32,000 nucleotides of DNA from Akkermansia muciniphila ATCC BAA-835 (GTDB taxonomy: Bacteria > Verrucomicrobiota > Verrucomicrobiia > Verrucomicrobiales > Akkermansiaceae). This document shows, one piece after another, positions 1-9,128 of the stretch. Both the position numbers and the translations under genes were made by a program. The notes under the pieces were generated by a model, which saw only the letters and a list, made by a program, of their open reading frames with translations, was not told where the DNA came from and searched no databases. Numbering within the stretch: the first letter of the stretch is position 1; every line of letters starts with the position of its first letter. The DNA is taken from positions 1,590,001 through 1,622,000 of the forward strand of contig NC_010655.1 in the NCBI RefSeq assembly GCF_000020225.1, written 5' to 3'.

Positions 1-1
1 G

Positions 2-2227
2 TCCTGGCAGATTTTCCTGAATCTTCTGACGGAGCTTGTATTTTTCCCCACGTTCCCGGAAGACGAGATGGAGCGGGAGAAGGAGGTCGTGCGCCGGGAG
101 ATGGCCATGTATGCGGATGATCCCGATTCCGTGGCCTACCAGCTTCTGATGCAGACGCTGTATCTCAAGCATCCCCGCCGCTGGCCCGTTCTGGGTGAGC
201 GCGCCGCCTTTGACTGCCTGACGCGGCAGGACGTGCTGGATTACCATGCCAGCCGTTATGTTCCGAACAACGTGGTTCTTTCCATCGCGGGGGACGTGGA
301 TGCCGCGGAGATTCTTTCCCATCTGGAATTGCTGGTGGAAGACCTGAAATCCCGTCCCCTGAACCGGGAACCCATTCCCCATGAACCTCACCAGTTCGGT
401 TCCCGCAGGGTGCGGAAGGAGTTTGCCGTGCCTTACTCCAAGCTGCACCTTGCCTGGCGCCTGCCCTGTTCCGCCCATCCGGATACGCCAGCCCTTTCCG
501 CTCTGTCCAGCATTCTGGGAGGCGGACGTTCCGCCCGTTTTTATGAAAAATTCCATGACCGCCTGGGCCTGGTGTACAGCATTGAGGTGCATTCCAACCA
601 GTCTGAGACGGATGAAGGGGCGTTTACCATCAGCATGGACGTGGACCGCGCCCAGCGCGACAAGGTGCGGGACCTGGTACTTCAGGAGCTTCGCAATCTG
701 GCGGAAGAGGATTTTACGGAGGACCTGAAGAGAGTCTGCAAACAGACCCGGGTCAGTCGCCTGCGCCGCAGGAGTTCCGCTTCCGGGGTGGCCTCGGAAA
801 TGGGGGCGGATTGGTTCGGCTCGCGCAATTTGAACCTGTCTTCCGAATGGCAGGAAGCTATTGAACGGGTGACTACGGAAGATTTGCACCGCGTTTGTTC
901 CACCTGGCTGTCTTCCCCGAATGTGACGGAAGTCAGCCTGGACCCCCCGGGCAGCAACGCCGGGGATGAAGAAAGGGCCTCCGCCTCTGCGGGAACGGCC
1001 CTGAGCGAGCATGTTCTTGGCAACGGCATGAAGGTGGTGATCCGTGAAGACCATCGCCTGCCGCTGGCCTATGCCTGCATGGCGTTCAAGGCCGGATGCC
1101 GTGCGGAGAATGAGCATGACGCCGGGGTGACGGACTTGATGTCCGAGTGCCTGCTGAAAGGAACCTCCACCCGTTCCGCGGCGGATATAGCCCGTTTTCT
1201 GGAGGACATCGGGGGAGCCATCAACACGTCCACCGGTAACAATTCCCTGAGCGTGGGATGTCAGGTTCTGGCGGAAGACCTGGACGCCGGATTGGAGCTG
1301 ATGGCGGATGTGGTCATGAATCCGTCTTTCCCGGAAGACGCCTTTCTGAGGGAAAAGGAATCTTTTGTGGCGGATGCGGAGGAGGATATGGAAGACCCTC
1401 TTTCCGTGGCGTTCCGGCAGGAGCGGAAGGTGGCTTACGGGCATGTTTCCTATGGAAATTCCCCTTCCGGCACGCCGGAAAGCCTGTCTTCACTGACGGT
1501 TCAGGACATCAAAAAACAGTATGAACGCATTATCTGCGCTTCCAACGCCGTGATTTGCATTTCCGGAGATGTCAGGAAGGATGAGGTCCTGCCTCTTCTG
1601 GAAAAACATCTGGGAGGCATGAGGGCGGGAACGCCTCCGGCCCTGATTCCCACGCCCGCGCTGCGGGCCGGCCGGGAAGTGGCCGTGCTGGATAAACAGC
1701 AGGCCGTGCTGGTAGTGGGGGTGCCGGGCGTGGACGTGGCTTCCCCGGAGATGGCCCAGGCTCTGCTGTTCCAGTCCTGGTGCAGTGATATGGCCGGTCC
1801 CGTTTTCACCAATATCCGGGAGGAGGCCGGACTGGCCTATTATGCCAGTTCTTCCCTGTTCATCGGCATGGATGCCGGAGGCATCTGCTTCTATCTGGGC
1901 ACTTCCCCGGAACAATTGGAGGAAGCCGGGCGGAGGCTGGAAAAAACACTGGAGATGATTGATGAACAGGGCATGACGGAGGAGGAGCTGGAACGCACCA
2001 GGGCGGCCGCCCTGTCTTCCCGTCTGCTGGCCATGCAGTCCAATGGAACTTTGTGCCAGATGCTGGCGCTGGATATCCTGTTCGGTCTGCCTCTGGAAGC
2101 GTTTGAACAGCAGACGGACGCTATCAGGAATATGGATCTGGCCCGGATGAACGCCTTTATCAGGAAGGTGCTGGATCCCGCCCAGCCGCGTTCCTGGTCC
2201 ATCGTGCGTCCGCCTGCCGGGGAGTAA
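2..2227 (+). CDS. M16 (pitrilysin/insulinase) family peptidase-like protein with tandem M16 units; 5' end lies outside the window
   Basis: The frame of ORF 68..2227 stays open back to nt 2 (..FPTFPEDEMEREKEVV.., M16-core-like). A second M16-type unit starts near aa 310 (LGNGMKVVIREDHRLPLAY..) and has no HxxEH zinc motif, so it is probably a non-catalytic half. Confidence 0.8.
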   Translation, partial: SWQIFLNLLTELVFFPTFPEDEMEREKEVVRREMAMYADDPDSVAYQLLMQTLYLKHPRRWPVLGERAAFDCLTRQDVLDYHASRYVPNNVVLSIAGDVDAAEILSHLELLVEDLKSRPLNREPIPHEPHQFGSRRVRKEFAVPYSKLHLAWRLPCSAHPDTPALSALSSILGGGRSARFYEKFHDRLGLVYSIEVHSNQSETDEGAFTISMDVDRAQRDKVRDLVLQELRNLAEEDFTEDLKRVCKQTRVSRLRRRSSASGVASEMGADWFGSRNLNLSSEWQEAIERVTTEDLHRVCSTWLSSPNVTEVSLDPPGSNAGDEERASASAGTALSEHVLGNGMKVVIREDHRLPLAYACMAFKAGCRAENEHDAGVTDLMSECLLKGTSTRSAADIARFLEDIGGAINTSTGNNSLSVGCQVLAEDLDAGLELMADVVMNPSFPEDAFLREKESFVADAEEDMEDPLSVAFRQERKVAYGHVSYGNSPSGTPESLSSLTVQDIKKQYERIICASNAVICISGDVRKDEVLPLLEKHLGGMRAGTPPALIPTPALRAGREVAVLDKQQAVLVVGVPGVDVASPEMAQALLFQSWCSDMAGPVFTNIREEAGLAYYASSSLFIGMDAGGICFYLGTSPEQLEEAGRRLEKTLEMIDEQGMTEEELERTRAAALSSRLLAMQSNGTLCQMLALDILFGLPLEAFEQQTDAIRNMDLARMNAFIRKVLDPAQPRSWSIVRPPAGE

Positions 2228-2245
2228 TTCCCCGGAAAATCATTT

Positions 2246-2270
2246 CCTTTTTCCCTGTCCGGGAAAAAGG
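2246..2270 (+). terminator. Hairpin downstream of the M16 gene (possible terminator)
   Basis: CCTTTTTCCC-TGTCC-GGGAAAAAGG forms a 10-bp perfect stem 19 nt after the stop codon. No clear T-run follows, so the call is weak. Confidence 0.35.
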
Positions 2271-2380
2271 CAGGATTAAATAAAAAGGAATATTTTTGCG
2301 TTACATCATCTGAAGGCTGGGGGAGGGGTGTAGCGGAATCGTGATTTTTATTTCAGTGGTGATGCGCTATAGTGGCAGCC

Positions 2381-3007
2381 ATGACTGAGATGGAGCCGGA
2401 CAGGAAAACTGCGGAACGGGCAATCAGGGAAGCGTATGAATCCAACCCGGGGGGCTGGGCGGAACATTCCCGCTATGTGGCGGAAGCCTGTAAAAATATA
2501 GCCTCGCGCTGTAAAGGGTTATCCGGTGAAAAAGCTTATGTCCTGGGGCTGTTGCATGATATTGGACGGTATGCCGGAGTAAGTTCCGAAAAGCATTTGA
2601 TAGACGGGTACCGCTATTGTGCGGCAAGAGGCTGGAAAAAGGCGGCGCAGATTTGTATTTCCCATGCGTTTATGATACAGGATATCAATACTTCCATCGG
2701 CACGTTTGACGTGAGTGGGGAGGATTACCTGTTCATGAAAGATTTTGTAGAGAACGCGGTCTATGACGACTACGACCGCCTGGTCCAGTTATGTGACGCT
2801 TTGGCCATGCCGACAGGTTTCTGCCTTTTGGAAAAACGGTTTGTAGATGTGACAATCCGGTATGGAGTGCATCCGTTTACGGTGGACCGGTGGAAAAAAA
2901 TTCTGCAGCTCAAGGCGTTCTTTGAGAAAAAAGCGGGCTGTTCCATTTATGAGCTTCTGCCGGGCGTCGTTGAAAACAGTTTTCGCCAGGAGGAAAGCCA
3001 TGCGTGA
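2381..3007 (+). CDS. HD-domain metal-dependent phosphohydrolase
   Basis: Contains the LGLLHDIGRY HD signature. The tracked ORF starts at GTG 2372, but ATG 2381 (MTEMEPDRK) is preferred. Confidence 0.7.
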   Translation: MTEMEPDRKTAERAIREAYESNPGGWAEHSRYVAEACKNIASRCKGLSGEKAYVLGLLHDIGRYAGVSSEKHLIDGYRYCAARGWKKAAQICISHAFMIQDINTSIGTFDVSGEDYLFMKDFVENAVYDDYDRLVQLCDALAMPTGFCLLEKRFVDVTIRYGVHPFTVDRWKKILQLKAFFEKKAGCSIYELLPGVVENSFRQEESHA

Positions 3008-3139
3008 TGAAGCGGAAGATTTTTTTGGAAACGGCACATCCCAATGCGCTAAGGCAAATCGCCCGGGAGGGGGAATTTCTGTGCCGGCCAGCTGCGTTGC
3101 TGTTGGGAGTCCATGCAGGGTTATCAGGCGTTTTTGACA

Positions 3140-4075
3140 TCAATAGCTGGAGGCCGCCGCGGGAGGCGGAGGATTCGGAAGCGCCCCTTTTTTCATGGCG
3201 GAACGTTTGATCTGCTCATGGTAAAAGTAATTCACGATAACCGGCGGTTCGTTGAACGGCCGGTGCATGGAATCGTCATTGCGCAGGTACGGCAACCCCC
3301 GTTTTTCCGCCAGCTGCCGTATTGCTGCGTCCAGTCCTTCCCAGTAGCCGCGGCTGCCTTTCTGGTAAATTTCCCGATAGAGGGGCACCAGGTGCGGATA
3401 GCGTTTGTTGATGTACTCCAGAATTACGGATTTGTAGCTGCCCCGCAGATTCAGGTTTTCCAGCCAGATCAGGTTGCATTTGTCTTCAGCCTGCTCCACA
3501 ATCGCCGGAATATCCGTAATGCCCGGAAAAATGGGGGAGATGAAGCAGGTGGTGCGGATTCCTGCCTCATGGAAGGCCTTCATGGCGGCCAGCCTCCGCG
3601 AGATGCTCACCGCCATGTCCATATCTGCCTGAAAGCGCTCGTCAAGCGTGTTGACGGACCAGGAAACGCGGGCATGGGGAAATGTTTTTATCAAATCCAG
3701 GTCCCTCAGCACCAAATCGGATTTTGTAGCTATGCTGATTTCCGCGCCGCTGCCTTGAAGCTGTTCCAGAAGCGCCCTTGTCCTCTTGTAGACTTCTTCC
3801 TGAGGTCCGTAAGGGTCGGTCACGGAACCGATAAACAGCTGTTTTCCCGCGTATTTCCCGGGGTTGCGTATTTCCGGCCAGTATTTGACGTCCAGAAAGG
3901 TTCCCCATGGTTCCGGATGCCCGGTGAACCGTTTCATGAACGAGGCGTAGCAGTATTTACAGGCGTGGGGGCAGCCCACGTAAGGATTGACCGAGTAATC
4001 GGCCACAGGCAGATTTGACGTTGACAGGATGCTCTTTACCTGAATTTCCCTTACTTTGATTGCATCAGCGTTCAT
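3140..4075 (-). CDS. Radical SAM protein, SplB/COG1533-like (annotated 'DNA repair photolyase'-type)
   Basis: N-terminal NPYVGCPHACKYCYA carries a CxxxCxxC motif and the protein is about 311 aa. Its start ATG overlaps the stop of the upstream DUF1848 gene (ATGA at 4072-4075). Confidence 0.75.
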   Translation of the reverse strand: MNADAIKVREIQVKSILSTSNLPVADYSVNPYVGCPHACKYCYASFMKRFTGHPEPWGTFLDVKYWPEIRNPGKYAGKQLFIGSVTDPYGPQEEVYKRTRALLEQLQGSGAEISIATKSDLVLRDLDLIKTFPHARVSWSVNTLDERFQADMDMAVSISRRLAAMKAFHEAGIRTTCFISPIFPGITDIPAIVEQAEDKCNLIWLENLNLRGSYKSVILEYINKRYPHLVPLYREIYQKGSRGYWEGLDAAIRQLAEKRGLPYLRNDDSMHRPFNEPPVIVNYFYHEQIKRSAMKKGALPNPPPPAAASSY

Positions 4076-4986
4076 GGTTTTAAAAAGCTCCTTTGCATTC
4101 CCTGCTGCACGGTATCGGAAGGGAGCAGATGCCCCAGCAGCAACGGAGAGTCCGGGTCATGGAGTTTGTAATTTTCACGGGCCTTTTGCCGGTTCGTATT
4201 TGCATAGCAGTATTTGCAGCCGTTAAGGCAGGTGTCATACGCTCCTATGTCCCGGCTCTCAATGCAATGGCAGCCCTGCCGCATTCCTTGATGTTTCAGG
4301 TTGCGGAATTGAACGCCGTTGGCCTGTCCCAGAATGTTCAGGGTCATGCAGCCGGAGGATGAAATGCCGTAACGCGTGTAATCGCCATTGGTTCCGCAGG
4401 TTTGAATGGGGATTTTATATTCGGCCGCGATCGCTCCCAGCCCGGCCGCCAGCTCCTCCTTGTCTTTTTCCGTGAGGGGGATTAGCTCCGGCATGTTGGT
4501 TTGCAGCTTCCTGTACATTTCCACAAAGCTGAAAATGCAGCGGTCGATGTGGCCGGATAAGAAGGACGCCATGCGTTCAAAGGTCTCCAGATGCCTTCTG
4601 ATGGTATATTCACTTGTCAGCAATACCGGGTCATACCGCCATGCGATGCGGTTTGCTCCGACAACTTCCGAAAGTTTTGCCAGCGTGGCCATGCTTTCAT
4701 CAATGCCGGGAACACCCGGTTCAATTTCCTTTCCGTAGGCCGTAATCGTATAGTGGAAGTAGGTATGGAAGCGCTCGGTGATGCTGTTGATATGCGGAAG
4801 AATGGGGGCATAATTTTTAGAGCAGAAGACAACACAGTCCACTTGGTCCGGCGTCAGTTCATAGCGGGTCACCTTATGTTGGAACAGGGGATTGCGGGAA
4901 AGGACATAGCCTTCTTCAAATCTCTTCAGCAGCCAGCGGGTGTAATACTGGACGGTGTCCGTCCGTCCTCCTGTATTGATAATCAT
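4072..4986 (-). CDS. DUF1848 family protein (Cys-rich, C-terminal CxxxCxxC)
   Basis: The N-terminus MIINTGGRTDTVQYYTRWLLKRFEEGYVLSRNP and the C-terminus ..RQGCHCIESRDIGAYDTCLNGCKYCYAN match the DUF1848 pattern as I remember it. An ATGA overlap joins it to the marR-like gene at 4983-4986. Confidence 0.7.
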   Translation of the reverse strand: MIINTGGRTDTVQYYTRWLLKRFEEGYVLSRNPLFQHKVTRYELTPDQVDCVVFCSKNYAPILPHINSITERFHTYFHYTITAYGKEIEPGVPGIDESMATLAKLSEVVGANRIAWRYDPVLLTSEYTIRRHLETFERMASFLSGHIDRCIFSFVEMYRKLQTNMPELIPLTEKDKEELAAGLGAIAAEYKIPIQTCGTNGDYTRYGISSSGCMTLNILGQANGVQFRNLKHQGMRQGCHCIESRDIGAYDTCLNGCKYCYANTNRQKARENYKLHDPDSPLLLGHLLPSDTVQQGMQRSFLKP

Positions 4987-5444
4987 AGCGTGTTTTTGTT
5001 GATGGATTGAAATTTCAGACGCATTTGTTCCGAAAAAAGGTCGGTTAAACGAATCAGTTCCGCTTGCTGTTCTCCACTCAATTCCGCCATGGCGTCGTTT
5101 TCCGCCTGCGCGGCAGGGGGGATGATGCGTTCCACGTATTCCTTTCCGGCTGCGGTGAAGCGTATCAACCTGATTCTCCGGTCGGTTTTGGATTCTTCAA
5201 AAGAAAGGTACCCCAGCTTCCAGAATTTTTTGATGGCGGCGCTGACGGTTTGCTTCGTGGCGGAGAGGCGTTCGCAAATCCCGGCCTGCGTGCAGCCGTC
5301 CTGAGCGAAATAGATGATATCCAGAATAAACAGCTCTTTGGTGGTTAACCCGTGTTTTCTGGCGTATTCCGTATAGACGGCATATTGTTTGTCCCGCAGC
5401 CGGCAGTAGTTGTTTACGTGGATATTGACGCTCTCTTTGCTCAT
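4983..5444 (-). CDS. MarR family transcriptional regulator
   Basis: Winged-helix MarR pattern (..LTTKELFILDIIYF..CTQAGICERLSATKQTVSAAIKKFWKLGYLSFEESKTDRRIRLIRFTAAGKEY). The tracked start at 5492 is a TTG, so ATG 5444 (MSKESVNIH, 153 aa) is preferred. Confidence 0.8.
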   Translation of the reverse strand: MSKESVNIHVNNYCRLRDKQYAVYTEYARKHGLTTKELFILDIIYFAQDGCTQAGICERLSATKQTVSAAIKKFWKLGYLSFEESKTDRRIRLIRFTAAGKEYVERIIPPAAQAENDAMAELSGEQQAELIRLTDLFSEQMRLKFQSINKNTL

Positions 5445-5523
5445 AGGCGGAGATGAATAAAGTATGATATTTGATGGTCTGATATTTGACAAAAAGAATG
5501 TAGCTCTTTACGCGTTTTTTGTA

Positions 5524-5565
5524 AAGCCCCAAATATAAAGCCCCAAATATAAAGCTCCAGATAAA
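5524..5565. repeat. 14-nt tandem direct repeat (2 perfect copies + 1 degenerate) upstream of the MarR operon
   Basis: AAAGCCCCAAATAT occurs at 5524-5537 and again at 5538-5551, followed by the degenerate copy AAAGCTCCAGATAA at 5552-5565. The repeat lies 80-120 nt upstream of ATG 5444 on the minus strand. Confidence 0.8.
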
Positions 5566-5684
5566 GAGGCGGGGGATAGGGACGGCTTTTTGCGTGGCCA
5601 GGCAAATTTCCGGAAACGGTGCCGGCGCGGCAATGGCTGCCGGCCTTTCAAGAATCCGGGACGTTTTCCGTTTTTATTCCCGTA

Positions 5685-5715
5685 TCTTCTGTTTCGCGGC
5701 AGAAGAGTTTTTTTT
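5685..5715 (+). terminator. Intrinsic-terminator-like hairpin + T8 on the plus strand in a gene-free gap
   Basis: TCTTCTG-tttcgcgg-CAGAAGA is followed by AG and then TTTTTTTT (5708-5715). No annotated plus-strand gene lies upstream of it. Confidence 0.4.
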
Positions 5716-5883
5716 GCCGCATGGCTTCGGAAGACAGGTGCCTGTGGCTGCCGGGGAAACGTTTTTCCGTGTTCACGGGAGTTGGAGAGCTTGCCCGGCG
5801 GGGCTTTTCCGCACCAGGGCAAGTTCCGCCTGCTCCGGTGACGGATGTTTCGCCGGAGGCGGGGAGAGAGCGTGGAGACTCAA

Positions 5884-5912
5884 TAAAAAACGCAGGCGGC
5901 GATGCGCCTGCG
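5884..5912 (-). terminator. Rho-independent terminator on the minus strand
   Basis: On the minus strand this reads CGCAGGCG-catcgc-CGCCTGCG followed by TTTTTTATT. The stem is 8 bp and GC-rich. It lies about 280 nt downstream of the bactofilin stop codon. Confidence 0.6.
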
Positions 5913-6194
5913 TGATATCCGGCGATGGTTCGGACAGAAGAAAGAAGCGGTTTTTCTGCCGGATGGTATTTGTGTAAAACGGCATCCGTCCGCTTCCTGA
6001 AGAACGGGAGATGACCCAGGGGTTCCCAGCAATTCCGCTTCCGGAGCGGGAACGGTATTTGGAAAAAAGTGCGGTACCTTTTTTCCGTTCCTCATTTTCG
6101 CCGCCCCCTGAGAAACCCCGGCGCGCTTTTACGCTTTTGGAGAAGCGGCCCGTACAAGGCAGGCACGCCAGGGAAGAACAGGGGCGGCTGTTTT

Positions 6195-6515
6195 TTAGCC
6201 GATTTCCGTGCGGCCCAGCAGGTGGGCGCCTTCCTCCATGGCGAGGCTGCGTGTCTTCATGTCCCCGACGACACGGGCCTGCTGCTTGAGTTCGCAGCGG
6301 TCAGAGGTGACCTTGCCTTCCACGTTGCCGTAGATGCGGACGTCTCCGGCAGTGATGTCTCCCTTGATTTGAGCGGTTTCACCGATGGTGACTTTTCCCT
6401 TGTCGGAGATGATTTCGCCTTCGATTTTGCCGTCGATGTGCATGTCATTCTGGAAACGGATGGTTCCCTTGATTTCGATGCCGGAGGCGAGGAAGTTGGT
6501 TACGTTGTCTGTCAT
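6195..6515 (-). CDS. Bactofilin family cytoskeletal protein
   Basis: 106 aa with the repetitive beta-helix pattern IKGTIRFQNDMHIDGKIEGEIISDKGKVTIGETAQIKGDITAGDVRIYGNVEGKV, typical of DUF583/bactofilin. Confidence 0.8.
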   Translation of the reverse strand: MTDNVTNFLASGIEIKGTIRFQNDMHIDGKIEGEIISDKGKVTIGETAQIKGDITAGDVRIYGNVEGKVTSDRCELKQQARVVGDMKTRSLAMEEGAHLLGRTEIG

Positions 6516-6539
6516 TGTCGTAAAATGGTTGGGGATGGG

Positions 6540-7106
6540 TTAAATGGTCATGATATCCTTTTCCTTGACGGCCACCAGTTCGTCAATCTCCTTCACGTAT
6601 TTGTCCGTCAGCTTCTGGATCTGCGTTTCCAGATCGCGCTGGCCGTCTTCCGTAACGATGTTTTCCGCCTTGAGCTTTTTGGCGGAATCCATGGCGGCCT
6701 TCCGGGCGCCGCGCACGCGCACACGGGCTTCTTCCGCCTGGGATTTGACAAGCTTCACAAGGTCTTTGCGGCGTTCTTCCGTGAGGGCGGGAATGGGCAG
6801 GCGGATGGAACGGCCTTCCACCAGGGGATTAAGGTTCAGCTTGCTTTCATTGATGGCGCGGCCGATGTCGTGGACGGTGCTCGGATCAAAGGGCTGGATG
6901 AGGATGAGACGGGGTTCCGGCGTGCTGATGACGGCCAGGCCCTTCAGTTTCATGACGGAGCCGTAGCTGGAGACATGCACGTCCAGGTTTTCCACGAGGC
7001 CGGGGGAAGCCTTGCCCGTGCGTACGCCGGAGAATTCCTGTTTGGCGAAGTCCACGGCCTTGAGCATGGATTCCTCCGTTTCCAATAATAATGTTTCTGC
7101 GTCCAT
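6540..7106 (-). CDS. frr: Ribosome recycling factor
   Basis: 188 aa; it contains ..GVRTGKASPGLVENLDV..YGS..LKGLAVISTPEPRLILIQPFDPS...LNLNP..EGRSIRLPIPALTEERRKDLVK.., the canonical RRF pattern. It sits downstream of pyrH, the conserved synteny. Confidence 0.95.
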   Translation of the reverse strand: MDAETLLLETEESMLKAVDFAKQEFSGVRTGKASPGLVENLDVHVSSYGSVMKLKGLAVISTPEPRLILIQPFDPSTVHDIGRAINESKLNLNPLVEGRSIRLPIPALTEERRKDLVKLVKSQAEEARVRVRGARKAAMDSAKKLKAENIVTEDGQRDLETQIQKLTDKYVKEIDELVAVKEKDIMTI

Positions 7107-7157
7107 GATGATGGTGGGTGCTAAGTGTTTTTGGTGGGTTGAAAAGGAATGCGGGGT

Positions 7158-7883
7158 TCAGCTGATGGTGGTGCCGATCGGTTCCCCGAGAAGCGCGCGC
7201 GTGATGTTGCCCGGCGTATGCATGTCGAATACGATGATGGGCTTTTTGTTGTCCATGCACAGGGTGAAGGCCGTGGAGTCCATTACTTTGAGCTGGCGTT
7301 CCAGGCATTCCTGATAGGAGATGGTGTCGAATCGCTTGGCGCCGGAGACTTTTTTGGGGTCCGCATCATACACCCCGTCCACGGAGGTGGCCTTCATGAC
7401 CACTTCCGCATTGATTTCGCTGGCGCGCAGGGCAGCCGTGGTGTCCGTGGAAAAGAACGGGTTGCCGGTGCCGGCGGCGAAGATGACGATTTTATTGTTG
7501 TCCAGATACGAGCGGGCCTTCAGGCGGATGAAGGATTCCGCGACATTTTTCATTTCAATGGCGGATTGCACCACGCAGGGGACCCCCGCGCGTTCCAGCG
7601 CGCTTTGAAGGGCCAGGGCGTTCATCACGGTGGCGAGCATGCCCACGTAATCCGCCGTGGCGCGGTCCATGCCGCGCACGCTGGCTTTCGCCCCGCGCCA
7701 GAAATTGCCGCCGCCCACGACCAGGCCTATTTGGACGCCGGCGCGGTGCGCCTGGGCGATTTCTTCAGCAATGCGGGCGACGATTTCCGGGGAAATGTTG
7801 TCCATGCTGCCGGGGCTGCGCAAGGCTTCCCCACTGAGTTTCAGAAGGATTCTTCGATAGGCTGGTGCGGATGTGTCAGACAT
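7158..7883 (-). CDS. pyrH: UMP kinase
   Basis: [13 protein letters not shown].., [12 protein letters not shown] and [23 protein letters not shown] are canonical PyrH motifs. Confidence 0.95.
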   Translation of the reverse strand: MSDTSAPAYRRILLKLSGEALRSPGSMDNISPEIVARIAEEIAQAHRAGVQIGLVVGGGNFWRGAKASVRGMDRATADYVGMLATVMNALALQSALERAGVPCVVQSAIEMKNVAESFIRLKARSYLDNNKIVIFAAGTGNPFFSTDTTAALRASEINAEVVMKATSVDGVYDADPKKVSGAKRFDTISYQECLERQLKVMDSTAFTLCMDNKKPIIVFDMHTPGNITRALLGEPIGTTIS

Positions 7884-7949
7884 AGATGCGGATTTTACGC
7901 AGACAAGATTGAAATTTCACGGGGCAAAAAGAAAGCAAAAAGAGATTCC

Positions 7950-8852
7950 TTATTGATTTTTCTCCGGAGGTCCGGAGATTTCCACCTTGATGGGGCTTCT
8001 GCTCTCCAGGCTGCGGGTGGGGAAGGGGAAGGAAATGCCTTCTTCCTCAAAGCGGCGCTTGATGTCATGGGCGAGCGTTTTCTGGCAGTCCAGGAAATTG
8101 TCTTTCCGGCACCAGGCCCCTACGGTAAAGCCCAGGGAAGAGTCCTGGAACCCTGAAAACGAGATGAGGGGCGCGGGGTCATCCAGGCAGAATTTGTTTT
8201 GTTTGACTACTTCCCGGAGGACGTTCACGACATGCTCAATGTCGCAGTTATAGTCCACGCCCAGGCTCAGGTCGCACCGGCGCGTGGAAAAACGGGTGAT
8301 ATTGCTGACCGGATTCTTGATGATTATTTCATTGGGGATGCGCACCATGGTGTTGTTCGGCAGCCGGAGCTGGACGGACATCAGGTTGATGGAGTCCACG
8401 TTCCCGGTGATTCCATTCACTTCAATCATATCCCCCAGGTTGATCTGCTTTTCCCCTACCAGGAAGAGGCCGCTGATGATGTTGGACAGGGAGGTCTGGG
8501 AGGCGAAGCCTACGGCGACGCCGATGATGCTGGCCGCGCCCAGCAGGGTCAGGATATCGAACCCCATCAGGGCGAAGGCCTCCACGCCTATAATAATGTA
8601 GCCGACGTTTTTGACGATTTTTACCGTCAGGCGGGAGGCCTGGGGCGACATTTTCAACGCAGTGATTTTCCGGAGCACCTGGCAGAACAGTTTCAGGAGT
8701 ATCCAGCTGATCACCAGCCATACCGCCACATGCAGGATTTTGATTCCCACGGACTGCACCATTTCCAGCTTGAGCCAGTCCGGCATGTTCAGGAAGTCCA
8801 TGGTTTTTGTCCAGATATCTTCCCTGGAGGATGCGTCTGCCATGAGATTCAT
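7950..8852 (-). CDS. Mechanosensitive ion channel family protein (MscS-like)
   Basis: N-terminal transmembrane helices are followed by the MscS beta-domain pattern ..FLVGEKQINLGDMIEVNGITGNVDSINLMSVQLRLPNNTMVRIPNEIII.. Confidence 0.85.
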   Translation of the reverse strand: MNLMADASSREDIWTKTMDFLNMPDWLKLEMVQSVGIKILHVAVWLVISWILLKLFCQVLRKITALKMSPQASRLTVKIVKNVGYIIIGVEAFALMGFDILTLLGAASIIGVAVGFASQTSLSNIISGLFLVGEKQINLGDMIEVNGITGNVDSINLMSVQLRLPNNTMVRIPNEIIIKNPVSNITRFSTRRCDLSLGVDYNCDIEHVVNVLREVVKQNKFCLDDPAPLISFSGFQDSSLGFTVGAWCRKDNFLDCQKTLAHDIKRRFEEEGISFPFPTRSLESRSPIKVEISGPPEKNQ

Positions 8853-9071
8853 ATGAAGGATGTAGCAGACGCTTCTCCCCGGCTCAAGGGGCGCGCGCGT
8901 ATTCCCCCCGGTTTATGACAGTTCCTCCGGCAGCGGAAAGGGCAGGGTGTTCGGGCGAGGAGGACGTATAGGTTCATCCCGCAGAAGGGGGGGCGGTTTC
9001 CGGCGCAGGAAAGGCGGCGGATGCATGGCCGGATATGGCGCCTGGTTGGGAAAGAGGGGAAGGCGGGGATG

Positions 9072-9106
9072 AAAAAAGGCCGTTCCCCCGGAAGGGGAGC
9101 GGCCTT
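9072..9106 (-). terminator. Rho-independent terminator of the peroxiredoxin gene
   Basis: On the minus strand it reads AAGGCCGCTCCCC-ttccg-GGGGAACGGCCTT followed by TTTT, an 11-13 bp stem with one mismatch. It starts about 24 nt after the stop codon. Confidence 0.6.
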
Positions 9107-9128
9107 GAAATATTGCCGGGGGGGCTGC

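Noticed and set aside
5880-6095. A minus-strand 71-aa ORF (and 5773..5985, 70 aa) in the large intergenic gap.
   Set aside because: It is Arg/Pro-rich with non-protein-like composition, and its C-terminus is encoded by the terminator hairpin itself. No start context supports it.
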